Shown: positions 19,925 through 30,023 of the stretch, piece by piece
Layout: each line of letters begins with the position of its first letter
How positions within the stretch are numbered: the stretch's first letter is position 1
Assembly: GCA_041665365.1 (NCBI GenBank)
Contig: JBAYIY010000004.1
Coordinates: 8,610-72,609 of the forward strand
DNA from: Patescibacteria group bacterium
Lineage (GTDB): Bacteria; Patescibacteriota; Patescibacteriia; UBA9570
Reading direction: 5' to 3'
DNA: 64,000 nucleotides
Position numbers and translations under genes: made by a program
Notes under the pieces: generated by a model
Seen by the model: only the letters and a program-made list of their open reading frames with translations
Database searches by the model: none
Told to the model about the DNA's origin: nothing

Positions 19925-21219
19925 ATGGTTATAAAAATTATCCCTAATATACACACAAGCGCTAAACTACCAACTTGAAAATGATAACTAGATAACAAGC
20001 CAAAGGCTACTTGCATGCTAGTTGGAGCATTGTTGGGGGCAAGTAAACTAGCCAAGGCAATATCGCCAAACACAAAGGCGATGCCTAAACTTATCACCTG
20101 GCTAATAGTCGGTTTTAACCAGTTAATTTCTAACAGATATTGTTGTAAGTAATTAGCACCTAATATTTTGGCTGTGTTATGAAAATATTCCGGTAGTTGC
20201 CGATAACTTTGGGCGATGAAATAATTTGTGATCGGTACTAATCCGATTACCAGAGCTAACCAGAGGCTTAATTTACTTTGGCCTAATATCAGTAACCAGA
20301 TAAAACCCAGTGTTACTGGTGATAAGGTTAATAATAAAACACTGATTTTAAAGGAAGATTTTAATAATAGACTGATAAATAAAGTTGTTATAATAACAGA
20401 ACTGGCTAACATTGTTGTCCAAAGAATACTTAGAAAAAAATGGCTGTGAGTTAATAAGGTCAGTGTTTTAAGATTGGTTTGACTAATTGTTTTAAAAACA
20501 AAGAATGCAAGAGGAGTTAGTACTATTATTGCTAAACAGGCATGAATAAAATGAATGAAGAATGAAGAATGATGAATGATGGTGGGGGGCGTAAAAGATA
20601 GTTGGGGTTTAAGATTGGGACGAATTATTAATAAAATAACCAGACTGAAAATCACAGTCTGCAAGCCGGTGATCCAACCAACTAGGTTATAATCATGATA
20701 GAGGATAATGCGTTGATACAGCCACACTTCGAGAGTTTGGGCATGGATACCACCTAGTTGTAAGGGTAGTGCAAAACTAGTGATACAGTACAAAAAGATG
20801 ATACCGGCTACACCTAGGATAGTTGGTTTGAGTTGTGGCCACCACAGGGTAAGAAACAGTTGTTTATTGTTCGCTCCTAACACCCGAGCCGACTCTTCGG
20901 TATGAAATGAGATAGCCTGCAAAGCAGAATGAATCGCAAGATAAGCCAGAGGGATATTGTAGTAGAGGTGGGCCAGTACCACCATGGTTGGTGTATAGAG
21001 CAGTGACGAGCCCGAAAAGAGCTGAATAAAACTGGTACTCACTAGGATAGGGGGAAGAAAAACAGGTAGATAGAAAATAGGAAATAGGAAAGTTGGGGGA
21101 TGGGCACGAGTAGCACGCTCAAACAGGGCTAGACTACCACCTAGAAAAATTGCCAATAGGGTAGTTAAACTAGCTTGCCAGAGAGTAAACCAAATTACAG
21201 ACCAAAGCTGGTATGCCAT
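19894..21219 (-). CDS. thiP: Thiamine ABC transporter permease
   Basis: Two permease halves with EESARVLGA/AKILGA loops; FTLWQA N-terminus. Confidence 0.8.
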   Translation of the reverse strand: MAYQLWSVIWFTLWQASLTTLLAIFLGGSLALFERATRAHPPTFLFPIFYLPVFLPPILVSTSFIQLFSGSSLLYTPTMVVLAHLYYNIPLAYLAIHSALQAISFHTEESARVLGANNKQLFLTLWWPQLKPTILGVAGIIFLYCITSFALPLQLGGIHAQTLEVWLYQRIILYHDYNLVGWITGLQTVIFSLVILLIIRPNLKPQLSFTPPTIIHHSSFFIHFIHACLAIIVLTPLAFFVFKTISQTNLKTLTLLTHSHFFLSILWTTMLASSVIITTLFISLLLKSSFKISVLLLTLSPVTLGFIWLLILGQSKLSLWLALVIGLVPITNYFIAQSYRQLPEYFHNTAKILGANYLQQYLLEINWLKPTISQVISLGIAFVFGDIALASLLAPNNAPTSMQVAFGLLSSYHFQVGSLALVCILGIIFITICSTSRLLRR

Positions 21220-22232
21220 TGTTCTAGGTAAGGTGTGTAATTATTTTGTATAGTAATTTCATCAAGTGGTAAGCTGGTTTTTAAATTCGGTGTGATAATT
21301 TGTGAATAGGCATCAGGCAGTGTTACCTCATTTTTCAAAACAGGGAACATCCATTGGGTAGTAGGGATAGCTTGTTGGACAGGTTGACTCAACATGTAAT
21401 CAATAAACTGTTGTCCTAGAGTTGTGGCTGCACTACCATGCACCAAGCCGACACCTTCAACTTGTGGTAAATAACCATCTGTTATGGGAATTGTTTTGTA
21501 ACGGTCGGTTTGTTCTTGATCAATGTGGTACGCCGGACTGGTAACATAACTTAATACAATCGGAGCTTGATCATTTAAAAACATTGAGTAGTAAGCCGTG
21601 TTCCAATCTGGCGCTACTGTTAGAACTTGATTGGATAGTTTATCAAAAAATTCTTTGGCTTGGTCATCGCCTAAAGCCTGATGTGCCCAAAACAATAATT
21701 GTGTACCGGGGGAGGACAAACCGGGTTGTTCGATAATAATTTTTTTATTGTAAGCTGAATTATTTACTAATTCCATCAAGCTAATCGGTTCAGAAAAGGT
21801 TAGTGCCTGACTATCATAGACGAAACTAACATAACCATAATCAAACGGGGTCATAGTAAAATCATTATCAAACCGGAGTCGTTTTGGAATAGCACTAGCT
21901 CTGGTTGGTTTATATGGATCTAGTAGATTATTAGTTTTTAAATCAGGTAGGTTAATGTTATCTAACCCTAACACTACGTCGGCCTTAGGATTATTTTTCT
22001 CCGCGATTAATTGATTTAACATCGCCCCAGTATCAGTAAAACTAACAATATTTAAAGTGATTTGATGATCCTGTTCAAATTGATCTTTAATGGCTGGGAG
22101 TAATCCATAGTCGGCCGATAAGCTGTCGTATGTGTAAACTGTTAATGTAGTCGGTTCGGTGGCCACTGGTGTTGATTTTACACAACCAGTACCAAAAAGA
22201 AATACGGTGAGTAGTATATATATTTTTTTCAC
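21195..22232 (-). CDS. thiB: Thiamine ABC transporter substrate-binding lipoprotein
   Basis: Lipobox-like GTGC, LTVYTYDS, ADVVLGLDN, PFDYGY, VLSYVTSPAYH; under a TPP riboswitch. Confidence 0.92.
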   Translation of the reverse strand: MKKIYILLTVFLFGTGCVKSTPVATEPTTLTVYTYDSLSADYGLLPAIKDQFEQDHQITLNIVSFTDTGAMLNQLIAEKNNPKADVVLGLDNINLPDLKTNNLLDPYKPTRASAIPKRLRFDNDFTMTPFDYGYVSFVYDSQALTFSEPISLMELVNNSAYNKKIIIEQPGLSSPGTQLLFWAHQALGDDQAKEFFDKLSNQVLTVAPDWNTAYYSMFLNDQAPIVLSYVTSPAYHIDQEQTDRYKTIPITDGYLPQVEGVGLVHGSAATTLGQQFIDYMLSQPVQQAIPTTQWMFPVLKNEVTLPDAYSQIITPNLKTSLPLDEITIQNNYTPYLEQWHTSFGL

Positions 22233-22280
22233 AAAATATGTTTATTAAAAATAAAATTCCCAATTTATAGGGAATACAGC

Positions 22281-22358
22281 CTGTATTCCCTACGCTGGCA
22301 TAACCCAGATCAGGTAATGTAAGGATACTTCTCAGTCCATAAGGACGCTCCTATACAG
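22281..22358 (-). ncRNA. TPP (THI-box) riboswitch
   Basis: Minus strand GGAGCGUCC...GGACUGAGAAGUAUCCUU...ACCUGAUCUGGGUUAUGCCAGCGUAGGGAA with P1 CUGUAU/AUACAG; anti-P1 sequence and U-tailed hairpin follow before thiB. Confidence 0.95.
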
Positions 22359-22399
22359 TGCTATCATATTACCAGTTGAGTTATTTTTGGCAACTCGAG

Positions 22400-22514
22400 A
22401 GACCTCCCCTCCCCAACCCTCCTCTCCTTCCTCAGGAGAGGAGGGAGTAAGAAAGAAAAGATTTATAAAAAGCTCCCCTCTCCTTCTGAAGGAGAGGGGC
22501 AGGGGGAGAGGTCT
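22400..22514. repeat. Double-hairpin C/G-rich intergenic repeat, family 2 copy B
   Basis: AGACCTC...CCTCCCCAACCCTCCTCTCC-loop-GGAGAGGAGGGAGTAAGAAA...GCTCCCCTCTCCTTC-GAAGGAGAGGGGCAGGGGGAGAGGTCT. Confidence 0.8.
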
Positions 22515-22516
22515 GT

Positions 22517-23347
22517 TTATTTTTGGCAACCCGAACAATAACACGTGCCTCGGCCAGCACATCTGGTTTTTTTGATAATCGAACCGCATCTCAAACATGG
22601 TTCGCCCACCCGTTGATAAACTTTACGGTGATTCCAGTAAGAACCTTGTTTACCAGTGACCGAATAAAAATGGCTAAAAGATGTACCGCCAAGTTTGATC
22701 GCTTCTTGCAAAATGGTTCGAGCCGCTACGTGAATGGCTTTACGCTCAGACAGTGTCAAGGTTTTTACGCGCCGCATTGGTTTTACTTTAGCTTGCCAGC
22801 AAATATCATCACTATAAATATTACCAATGCCGCCAATTAATTGTTGGTTTAATAAAACTGCCTTAAGTGATGTGTTACCGTGACTTTTTAATTGTTGATT
22901 AAAGTACGCAAAAGTAAAAGTCGGTTGAATGGGTTCTATTCCTGGACGTTTTTTTATAAAATACTCGGCTAAACCAGTTGGGCTATAAAGCTCTACATAA
23001 CCAAACTTACGCATATCTTGAAAAAATAATTGGGTTTTATCGCTGAACATGAATTGTACTCGGGTATGGTTGTTCGGTAACGGCAGGGGTTCTTTTTTTT
23101 GATAAAGTAACTGCCCGGTCATTTTGAGATGAATGACAAAACTATAACCTGAAGACAGCTTTAAAACCAACCATTTGGCTTTTCTGTCTACAGCAGAGAC
23201 GGTTCTTTTCAGAACATATTTACGTAATTCTACTGGTGTGCCCTTAAACTTTTTGGCTTCATGAACAATAACCTTGGTGATAGTTTTACCAACAATATGT
23301 GTTCGTAAGCCTCGCGCTAATGTTTCAACTTCAGGTAATTCCGGCAT
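22517..23347 (-). CDS. mutM: Formamidopyrimidine-DNA glycosylase
   Basis: N-terminal MPELPEV, HLKMTG, GIGNIY, C-terminal CxxC...CxxCQ zinc finger. Confidence 0.97.
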   Translation of the reverse strand: MPELPEVETLARGLRTHIVGKTITKVIVHEAKKFKGTPVELRKYVLKRTVSAVDRKAKWLVLKLSSGYSFVIHLKMTGQLLYQKKEPLPLPNNHTRVQFMFSDKTQLFFQDMRKFGYVELYSPTGLAEYFIKKRPGIEPIQPTFTFAYFNQQLKSHGNTSLKAVLLNQQLIGGIGNIYSDDICWQAKVKPMRRVKTLTLSERKAIHVAARTILQEAIKLGGTSFSHFYSVTGKQGSYWNHRKVYQRVGEPCLRCGSIIKKTRCAGRGTCYCSGCQK

Positions 23348-23395
23348 ATTGGTATTATACAACATTTTACACTTGTGCTACTATAATCTCTGACT

Positions 23396-23737
23396 ATGCC
23401 ACAACCCAAGACAGATAAAATCACCCGCAAAGAGGGTGCACAAAAACCCAGCCGGTCAATTAGTACGGTGCAGTTTATTAATGTTAAAAAGGTCGAAGAA
23501 AAAACCGACTTAATGCGTTTATTAACAAATATTGTTCAGCGCTACACTAAAGATAAAACAGTATTAGTACAAGCTAAAACTACCGTCAACACTATTGAGT
23601 ATAAAGTGTTAAACAGAAAAGTGGCTCTGGCTTTAGCCACCAAAGCGCAAGCGGCTTTTAAACAACATCATCCCACTGTTACAATCCATTCGCCCAACGA
23701 TGATGCCTACTGCCAAATTGTCGTCCAATTTAATTGA
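23396..23737 (+). CDS. Hypothetical basic protein
   Basis: 113-aa ORF divergent from mutM, TATAAT 8 nt before ATG, overlaps the helicase start. Confidence 0.6.
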   Translation: MPQPKTDKITRKEGAQKPSRSISTVQFINVKKVEEKTDLMRLLTNIVQRYTKDKTVLVQAKTTVNTIEYKVLNRKVALALATKAQAAFKQHHPTVTIHSPNDDAYCQIVVQFN

Positions 23738-26504
23738 CGTTCAGTATCAGTTATTAAACCCGGAACAGGTTCGGGCGGTTGATCATGTCGATGGCCCGAT
23801 GTTGGTTTTGGCTGGAGCCGGTACGGGTAAAACTCAGATTATCGCTCTCAGGATAGCCCGTTTGTTGCAAACCCAGGATCTTAAACCCAGTAATATACTG
23901 TGCTTAACCTTCACTGAAAGTGGAGTCCAGGCTATGCGGCAACGTTTAGTTAGCCTACTGGGTTCAATTGGCTATCAAGTGCGAGTGCATACCTTTCATA
24001 GTTTTTGTAACGAAGTGATTATTGATCATCCGGAGTTATTTGTCGCCCAAGCGGCTTTACAACAAATCACCGATTTGGATCATATTACTTTAATTCAGGA
24101 GATCATCGAAACGCTTCCAGCTGATAGTTTATTAAAACCATTCGGCGCACCGGATTTTTATATTTCTGAAATTGTCCACGCCATTCAAACCCTAAAACGT
24201 GAACATGTCTCACCGGATGATTTAGCCAAATTTGAACTAACCGAAAAGCAGCAAGCTTTAGTAGAAGTGTATCGCGCCTATCAGGTAAAATTGCAAGATC
24301 AACAACTCTATGATTATGAAGATATGTTGTTGCACGTTATCGCTGTTTTTAAAAAAGACCCAGATTTGTTAGCTGAGTATAGAGAACAGTATTTGCATTT
24401 ATTAGTGGATGAATATCAAGATACCAATAATGCGCAAAATGAAATTATTAACTTATTGGCAGGGAATGATCCGGCGCCTAATGTATTTGTGGTGGGGGAT
24501 GATAAACAATCGATTTACCGATTTCAAGGCGCGGCCTTAGAAAATATTTTATCGTTCCAACACCGCTATGGCAAAGCCGCTAAATTAATCAGTTTACAGC
24601 AAAATTATCGCAGCCAACAATGGATACTGGATGCCGCCAGTGCCGTGATTGATCACAATGAACAAAGTTTAGCCAAATATATTCCAGAATTAAAATCTCA
24701 CTTAAAGTCGGCGCGTGATTTACCAACTGTTCCACTAGAAATAGCTACGTTAAGCTCGCCCAGTACAGAACTATTTTGGGTTGGGAAACGCATTCAGGCG
24801 CTATTAGCTAACGGTGTGGCTCCGGAAGAAATCGCTGTGTTGTATCGAACTAATAGTGACGGTGAAGCCATCTTAGAAACGCTCAGACAATTAAATATAC
24901 CAGTGCATAGTGTGTCGGGACGAAATATTTTATCCGATCCATTAATTCAACAATTATTGCGGTTATTTCAATATATTTCTTACGGTGATAGCGACGCGAA
25001 TTTATTTAGCTTAGTGCATGCTCGTTGGCTGGGATTACACAATGATAAACTTCTCCAATTAACCGATCCGGTAATTACAGAATTTAAGCAGCGTGTGGTT
25101 CATTGGCGCAGTGCAATGCATAATGATTTGTGTACGGAGTGGTTTACTCAGATAGTGAACGAATCTAGTTGGTTACGCTATGTGCTGCAACACGATCATG
25201 CGATTGAGCATCTAAACCGATTAAGTAGTTTGTATCATGCCGTCGTCAATTTAACACGCCGTGAACCAACTATTACTATTAAGAATGTGTTAGATTATTT
25301 TCAGTTATTACAACACCATGATCTAACTTTAGAAGAAGAACCGTTATCCACTCAGGCCAATGCTGTACAACTTATGACCGCGCATCGAGCCAAAGGGTTA
25401 GAGTTTAAACATGTGTTTATGATTCATTGTCGCGATAAACACTGGGGTAACGTACCGGATCGCAGCAAATTAAAACTACCCGAAGGCATTATTCAATTAA
25501 GCGCTGAGTTGGCCAAGCATGAACGCAATGAAGATGAGCGGCGCTTATTTTATGTGGCCATGACGCGCGCTAAAGAACATTTATATTTAAGTGTGGCTAA
25601 ACAATCCGCTACCGGCCGTGCCCTGATGCCAAGCCAGTTTTTAAATGAATTACCGAGTGATATTGTAAAACCGGCTGATGGTGTAGCCGAGGTTGAAGCT
25701 GAACCGATCGAGCGTTTGCAACTGACTCTTAGCCAGCCTAAAGTTGTTATAGAAACCAATCAAGTTTATCTTAAGAGTTTGCTAGAGAATTATCGAATGA
25801 GTGCCACGCACTTGAATGATTATTTGGAGTGTCCGATCAAGTTTTTGTATCAAGATTTATTACGTGTACCGCAAACCATGTCACGCGCCGTTGGGTTTGG
25901 AGTAGCCATGCATAACACTTTAAAGGAGCTGCCGAGCCAAGCGGATGTGTTTTTAATATTTAAAAGAGAACTTGAAAAACAATTAATGAGTAAAAAAGAT
26001 TTTAAAGATAGTTTAGATTTTGGTGAAAAGTTGCTAGACAAATATTACCCGGTGCATTATGAGTTTTTGCAAAAAAACAAGTTTATGGAGAAAGACTTTA
26101 AACCGTATAATTGTCTGGTCGGGGAAGTGCCCATTGTCGGAAAAATTGATGCGATTCAAGTGGTTGATGAAGCCAGTAAACAAATACATGTGATCGATTA
26201 TAAAACCGGCAATCCGGATAATAAAAGTGCCAATTTGGCCGTGGGTGGATCTTATTACCGTCAATTAGTGTTTTATAAATTACTCTGTGACGCCGCTGGT
26301 GATTTTGGTTATACCCCTGTGTCAGGCGAAATTCACTTTATTCAGCCGAGTAAAAAGAAACAACAATTTGTGCATCGGCGGTATGAGTTTAGTGACGACG
26401 ATGTGAAACAGGTGACCACTGAATTAGTGGAGACTTATCAACACATTCAAAATCTAGAATTCTCAACTGGTTGTAATGACTGCGAATGGTGCAAGTTATT
26501 ATAG
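23700..26504 (+). CDS. UvrD/PcrA-like SF1 helicase fused to a C-terminal PD-(D/E)XK nuclease
   Basis: AGAGTGKT, LLVDEYQD, VGDDKQSIYRFQGA, MTAHRAKGLEF, ERRLFYVAMTRA; C-terminal GKIDAI...IDYKTG with Cys cluster (LECP...CNDCEWC). Confidence 0.93.
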   Translation: MMPTAKLSSNLIDVQYQLLNPEQVRAVDHVDGPMLVLAGAGTGKTQIIALRIARLLQTQDLKPSNILCLTFTESGVQAMRQRLVSLLGSIGYQVRVHTFHSFCNEVIIDHPELFVAQAALQQITDLDHITLIQEIIETLPADSLLKPFGAPDFYISEIVHAIQTLKREHVSPDDLAKFELTEKQQALVEVYRAYQVKLQDQQLYDYEDMLLHVIAVFKKDPDLLAEYREQYLHLLVDEYQDTNNAQNEIINLLAGNDPAPNVFVVGDDKQSIYRFQGAALENILSFQHRYGKAAKLISLQQNYRSQQWILDAASAVIDHNEQSLAKYIPELKSHLKSARDLPTVPLEIATLSSPSTELFWVGKRIQALLANGVAPEEIAVLYRTNSDGEAILETLRQLNIPVHSVSGRNILSDPLIQQLLRLFQYISYGDSDANLFSLVHARWLGLHNDKLLQLTDPVITEFKQRVVHWRSAMHNDLCTEWFTQIVNESSWLRYVLQHDHAIEHLNRLSSLYHAVVNLTRREPTITIKNVLDYFQLLQHHDLTLEEEPLSTQANAVQLMTAHRAKGLEFKHVFMIHCRDKHWGNVPDRSKLKLPEGIIQLSAELAKHERNEDERRLFYVAMTRAKEHLYLSVAKQSATGRALMPSQFLNELPSDIVKPADGVAEVEAEPIERLQLTLSQPKVVIETNQVYLKSLLENYRMSATHLNDYLECPIKFLYQDLLRVPQTMSRAVGFGVAMHNTLKELPSQADVFLIFKRELEKQLMSKKDFKDSLDFGEKLLDKYYPVHYEFLQKNKFMEKDFKPYNCLVGEVPIVGKIDAIQVVDEASKQIHVIDYKTGNPDNKSANLAVGGSYYRQLVFYKLLCDAAGDFGYTPVSGEIHFIQPSKKKQQFVHRRYEFSDDDVKQVTTELVETYQHIQNLEFSTGCNDCEWCKLL

Positions 26505-26557
26505 TGTGCTAATATAAATTTATTAATTAAGTTAATTTTTAATTGGGGAGGACAATT

Positions 26558-27010
26558 ATGAAAAAAATTACAAAAATGCTATTCGTTGTTAGTTCGTTGT
26601 TCGCTGTTACTAGTTGGTTTATGCCAATGTCAGCCTATGCTTTTGTACCGTCTAATTTGGAGGGTCGATACAATGGTGATTGGGAATTGCTTGATGGCGG
26701 GTTGTGCTATACAGCCGGTGCCACGGGCAATATTGTCATTAGAATTGTGGACATGGACGCTAATGGAACAATTAATGATGCGCGAGTAAAATTTTCCGAT
26801 GAAGCGCAAACTCCAGCGGAACTTGGTACGGGTCGTATTTTTATGCGTAACGGAGTACGGCGCATTCGTTTAAATTATGATATTGCCGGTTATGACCGAT
26901 ATATTAAAGGTAGATTAACCAGAACCAGAAAGATTAAAGGTAATTATTATCATGCCGCCTCAGATGATAGTTGCATTTGGTCAGGATCAGTTAGCGCCAG
27001 TCATATCTAA
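26558..27010 (+). CDS. Secreted beta-rich hypothetical protein
   Basis: GGAGG RBS, signal peptide MKKITK...SAYA, two Cys. Confidence 0.7.
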   Translation: MKKITKMLFVVSSLFAVTSWFMPMSAYAFVPSNLEGRYNGDWELLDGGLCYTAGATGNIVIRIVDMDANGTINDARVKFSDEAQTPAELGTGRIFMRNGVRRIRLNYDIAGYDRYIKGRLTRTRKIKGNYYHAASDDSCIWSGSVSASHI

Positions 27011-27778
27011 AAATTGTTTATGAGCAGCCACATCGTGCACCCGTAACCAGGCGGCACCATGTTGGACGGCTATAAAATGGGCTGCCAGCGTACCTGGTAG
27101 CCTGTTTTGTATATCAGCGCCGGTTAATTTACCGATAAATGATTTGCGTGATGCCCCCACCATGACGGGTTTTTTTCCGAACACAGCAATGTTTTTAATC
27201 AATGCCAAATTATGTGAGACAGTTTTTCCAAACCCAATGCCAGGGTCTAAAATAATCTTATCTGGTTTAATACCAGATGCAAGACACAGTTTGATTTGTT
27301 GTTTAAAAAAATTATTTACCTCAAAAACGACATTTTTATAACGTGGGTGTTTTTGCATGGTTTGTGGTTCACCTAGCATGTGCATTATTATCACGGTACA
27401 GTGGTGTTGAGCGGCTAACTGGCGCATGGCCGGATCACGCAGGCCGGTAATATCATTTATCCAGGTAGCACCAGCTTGAATGGCCTGTTTGGCTACCTCT
27501 ACTTTGTAAGTATCAATCGAAATGGGTGTGTTGGTTTTTTTATGTAAAGCCTTAATTGCTGGAATAACCCGGTGTAGTTCTTCTTGCAGTGAGACAGGTT
27601 TAGCACCCGGCCGGCTAGATTCACCGCCAATATCAATCACCGCAGCGCCTTCACGCACGAGTTGCAGAGCATGCTGGACAGCTGCGCGAGTGGTTTTTAA
27701 TTGACCACCATCCGAGAATGAATCCGGTGTGACGTTAACGATACCCATTAAATTAACTCTACTTTTTTTCATACTCAA
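26987..27778 (-). CDS. folP: Dihydropteroate synthase
   Basis: MGIVNVTPDSFSDGG, DIGGESSRPGA, DPGIGFGK, SRKSFIG, RVHDV. Confidence 0.97.
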   Translation of the reverse strand: MSMKKSRVNLMGIVNVTPDSFSDGGQLKTTRAAVQHALQLVREGAAVIDIGGESSRPGAKPVSLQEELHRVIPAIKALHKKTNTPISIDTYKVEVAKQAIQAGATWINDITGLRDPAMRQLAAQHHCTVIIMHMLGEPQTMQKHPRYKNVVFEVNNFFKQQIKLCLASGIKPDKIILDPGIGFGKTVSHNLALIKNIAVFGKKPVMVGASRKSFIGKLTGADIQNRLPGTLAAHFIAVQHGAAWLRVHDVAAHKQFLDMTGAN

Positions 27779-28484
27779 ACAACTTTATTAATTCTTTAGT
27801 AATCTGACCTGGTTTACCAACCGGTACAATCCCCGTAGATGTTTGGGTGATGAAACATTCCGCACTATGTTGGATATCCTGCCAGGTGATTTTCTTAAAC
27901 ACAACGCGATAACGGTTTTTGCACAAATTCAAAACAACTTGTCTAGTGACACCATACAGAATATCTCGATTGGGAGTAATGATAGTATTATTTTTTATGA
28001 TAAATATATTTGCACAGGCACATTCATTACCCAGATAGGCATCAAAACAGCCTTGTTTTAGAGCTAATTCATGTGCTTGATATTCAAATATTCTGGCTAA
28101 AGATTTTATTTTTGGCACAGCTGGTTGATAGGGATAGTTTAATAATTTCACCCCAGTTTTATATATTTTAGAATCTATTTTTAATTCCTCAGACAACACA
28201 TAAATTCTATTTGGTGCCCCAATTACTTTTATTCTTAATTCTTTATTCTTTATTCTTTCATCAGTATGTTTTGAAATATATTGAGTAATCGTTTTCTGAG
28301 AAGCCATTTTTAACCCAATCACCTTAGCTGATTCTTGTAATCTTTTTAAATGAGCCGATAACTGAAACGGTTTACCACCATAGGTTCTAATCGTTTCAAA
28401 CACACCATAAGCACACATAAACTCAGGTTCTTTCCCAGATAAAGAGATTTTTTTTACAAACTGACCGTTTATGGAAATTTTCAT
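27759..28484 (-). CDS. pabC: Class IV aminotransferase, probable 4-amino-4-deoxychorismate lyase
   Basis: YGVFETIR, HLKRL, ILYGVTR; lies between pabB and folP. Confidence 0.75.
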   Translation of the reverse strand: MKISINGQFVKKISLSGKEPEFMCAYGVFETIRTYGGKPFQLSAHLKRLQESAKVIGLKMASQKTITQYISKHTDERIKNKELRIKVIGAPNRIYVLSEELKIDSKIYKTGVKLLNYPYQPAVPKIKSLARIFEYQAHELALKQGCFDAYLGNECACANIFIIKNNTIITPNRDILYGVTRQVVLNLCKNRYRVVFKKITWQDIQHSAECFITQTSTGIVPVGKPGQITKELIKLFEYEKK

Positions 28485-29497
28485 GGTAATAATAATCTGG
28501 CTTTAGTTAGGGTTTCTTGATACTCTTTGGCTGGAGTAGATGCCAACGTAATACCACCCCCAACGTAATAATGCAATTGATTGTCTCGCAGAGTAGCCGT
28601 GCGAATCGCGATATTAAATTCAGCTTGATTACGCCCGGCGATATAACCCATCGCGCCACAATACACATCGCGGGGTTGAGTTTCTAAATCTTGTAATATT
28701 TCTACCGCCCGTTGTTTAGGCGCCCCCGTCACTGAACCAAATGGTAACATCACTTTTAATACATCGAGTATATTGTAGTGTTTGTCTTTCATACCTTGAA
28801 TCACCGCTTGAGCTTGATAAACCGTTTTGTATTTAATAATTTCCCGTCGTTTTTTTACCACCACACTTCCCGGCAGACACACTCGATTCAAATCATTGCG
28901 GTGCACATCAATAATCATATCCAACTCGGCTTTTTCTTTGGCACTGGAAAGTAGCTGTGATCTTGGTGAAGACACCGACGCAGTTCCTTTCATTGGTTTT
29001 GTCTCCAATAAATTATTATTTAGTCTTATCCCTAATTCCGGAGAGTTACAAACTATTTGGTGATCGGGAGTAGTAATGATAGCCGCATAAGGGGTTGGTT
29101 GATTGTGTAATAAACGGTAAGCAATTTGCTCAAGACTAGCCCGTGTTTTACCAGATAATCTATAGCAGTAATTAGCTTGATAAATATCCCCAATACTTAA
29201 ATGGTGAATAATTTTATTAATGGCTTTTTTATATTGAGAATAATTTGGGTAAGATAGTTTTATCTTAAATGGTGTTGGATTCAACAGGGTCTGTAAAGAT
29301 ACTGGTTTGAAACGATCAAATATTCCAAAATACACTTGATCCTGTTCATAGTTGATAAAGCCAATAACTAGTTGATGTCTAGCCGCACCAGAACAATACC
29401 ATTTTTTTAATTGTAGCCACGAGGTGATTAGACCATGATAACCATCACCTTGATATGCACGTGTCTTATCGATCAAGACAAAGCGATAAGAATTCAT
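28481..29497 (-). CDS. pabB: Aminodeoxychorismate synthase component I
   Basis: GDIYQAN, NSPEL, KPMKGT, KEKAELDMIID..RNDL, GSVTGAPK, FNIAIRT; start set at MNSYRF. Confidence 0.85.
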   Translation of the reverse strand: MNSYRFVLIDKTRAYQGDGYHGLITSWLQLKKWYCSGAARHQLVIGFINYEQDQVYFGIFDRFKPVSLQTLLNPTPFKIKLSYPNYSQYKKAINKIIHHLSIGDIYQANYCYRLSGKTRASLEQIAYRLLHNQPTPYAAIITTPDHQIVCNSPELGIRLNNNLLETKPMKGTASVSSPRSQLLSSAKEKAELDMIIDVHRNDLNRVCLPGSVVVKKRREIIKYKTVYQAQAVIQGMKDKHYNILDVLKVMLPFGSVTGAPKQRAVEILQDLETQPRDVYCGAMGYIAGRNQAEFNIAIRTATLRDNQLHYYVGGGITLASTPAKEYQETLTKARLLLP

Positions 29498-30023
29498 GTC
29501 TCGTATTTTGGTTGATTTTAAATAAGCCGCGAAATGATGATGTCGTAACAATGGTGTTTTGTTTTTCCACGCCACGCGCTTGCATGCATAAATGAGTGGC
29601 TTCTAGCACCACACCAATCCCTTTGGCTTGTAAGGCGTGATCTAAAAACTCAGTTATTTGTGAGGTTAAACGTTCTTGATTTTGTAATCGGCGCGCAAAT
29701 ACTTCCACTATTCTGGGCAATTTTGATAAACCAATAATCTTAGATTGTGGGATATAACCAATGTGTGCCTTGCCGTAAAACGGTAATAAATGATGTTCAC
29801 AAGTTGAATAGAAATCAATCGCTTTGCACGTCACCATTTCATCGTAGTGTTCACTATCAAAAAAAGTTAACAACGAGGCCGGATCAATATCGTATCCAGC
29901 AAATAATTTGTGATAACTTTTAGCTACTCGGGCTGGAGTGTCTTTTAACCCTTCCCGCGCTGGTGCTGGATCTATCTCTTTTAGAAGTTGGGCAATCAGA
30001 GTTTCAATTTTAGTTTGGTTCAT
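29466..30023 (-). CDS. folE: GTP cyclohydrolase I
   Basis: REGLKDTPARVAK, STCEHHLLPF, RRLQNQERLT, HLCMQARGV. Confidence 0.97.
   Translation of the reverse strand: MNQTKIETLIAQLLKEIDPAPAREGLKDTPARVAKSYHKLFAGYDIDPASLLTFFDSEHYDEMVTCKAIDFYSTCEHHLLPFYGKAHIGYIPQSKIIGLSKLPRIVEVFARRLQNQERLTSQITEFLDHALQAKGIGVVLEATHLCMQARGVEKQNTIVTTSSFRGLFKINQNTRHEFLSLCLDR

Noticed and set aside
22332-22598. ORFs 22332-22598 (-) and 22387-22575 (+)
   Set aside because: They are translations of the C/G-rich repeat, the riboswitch edge and the mutM end.
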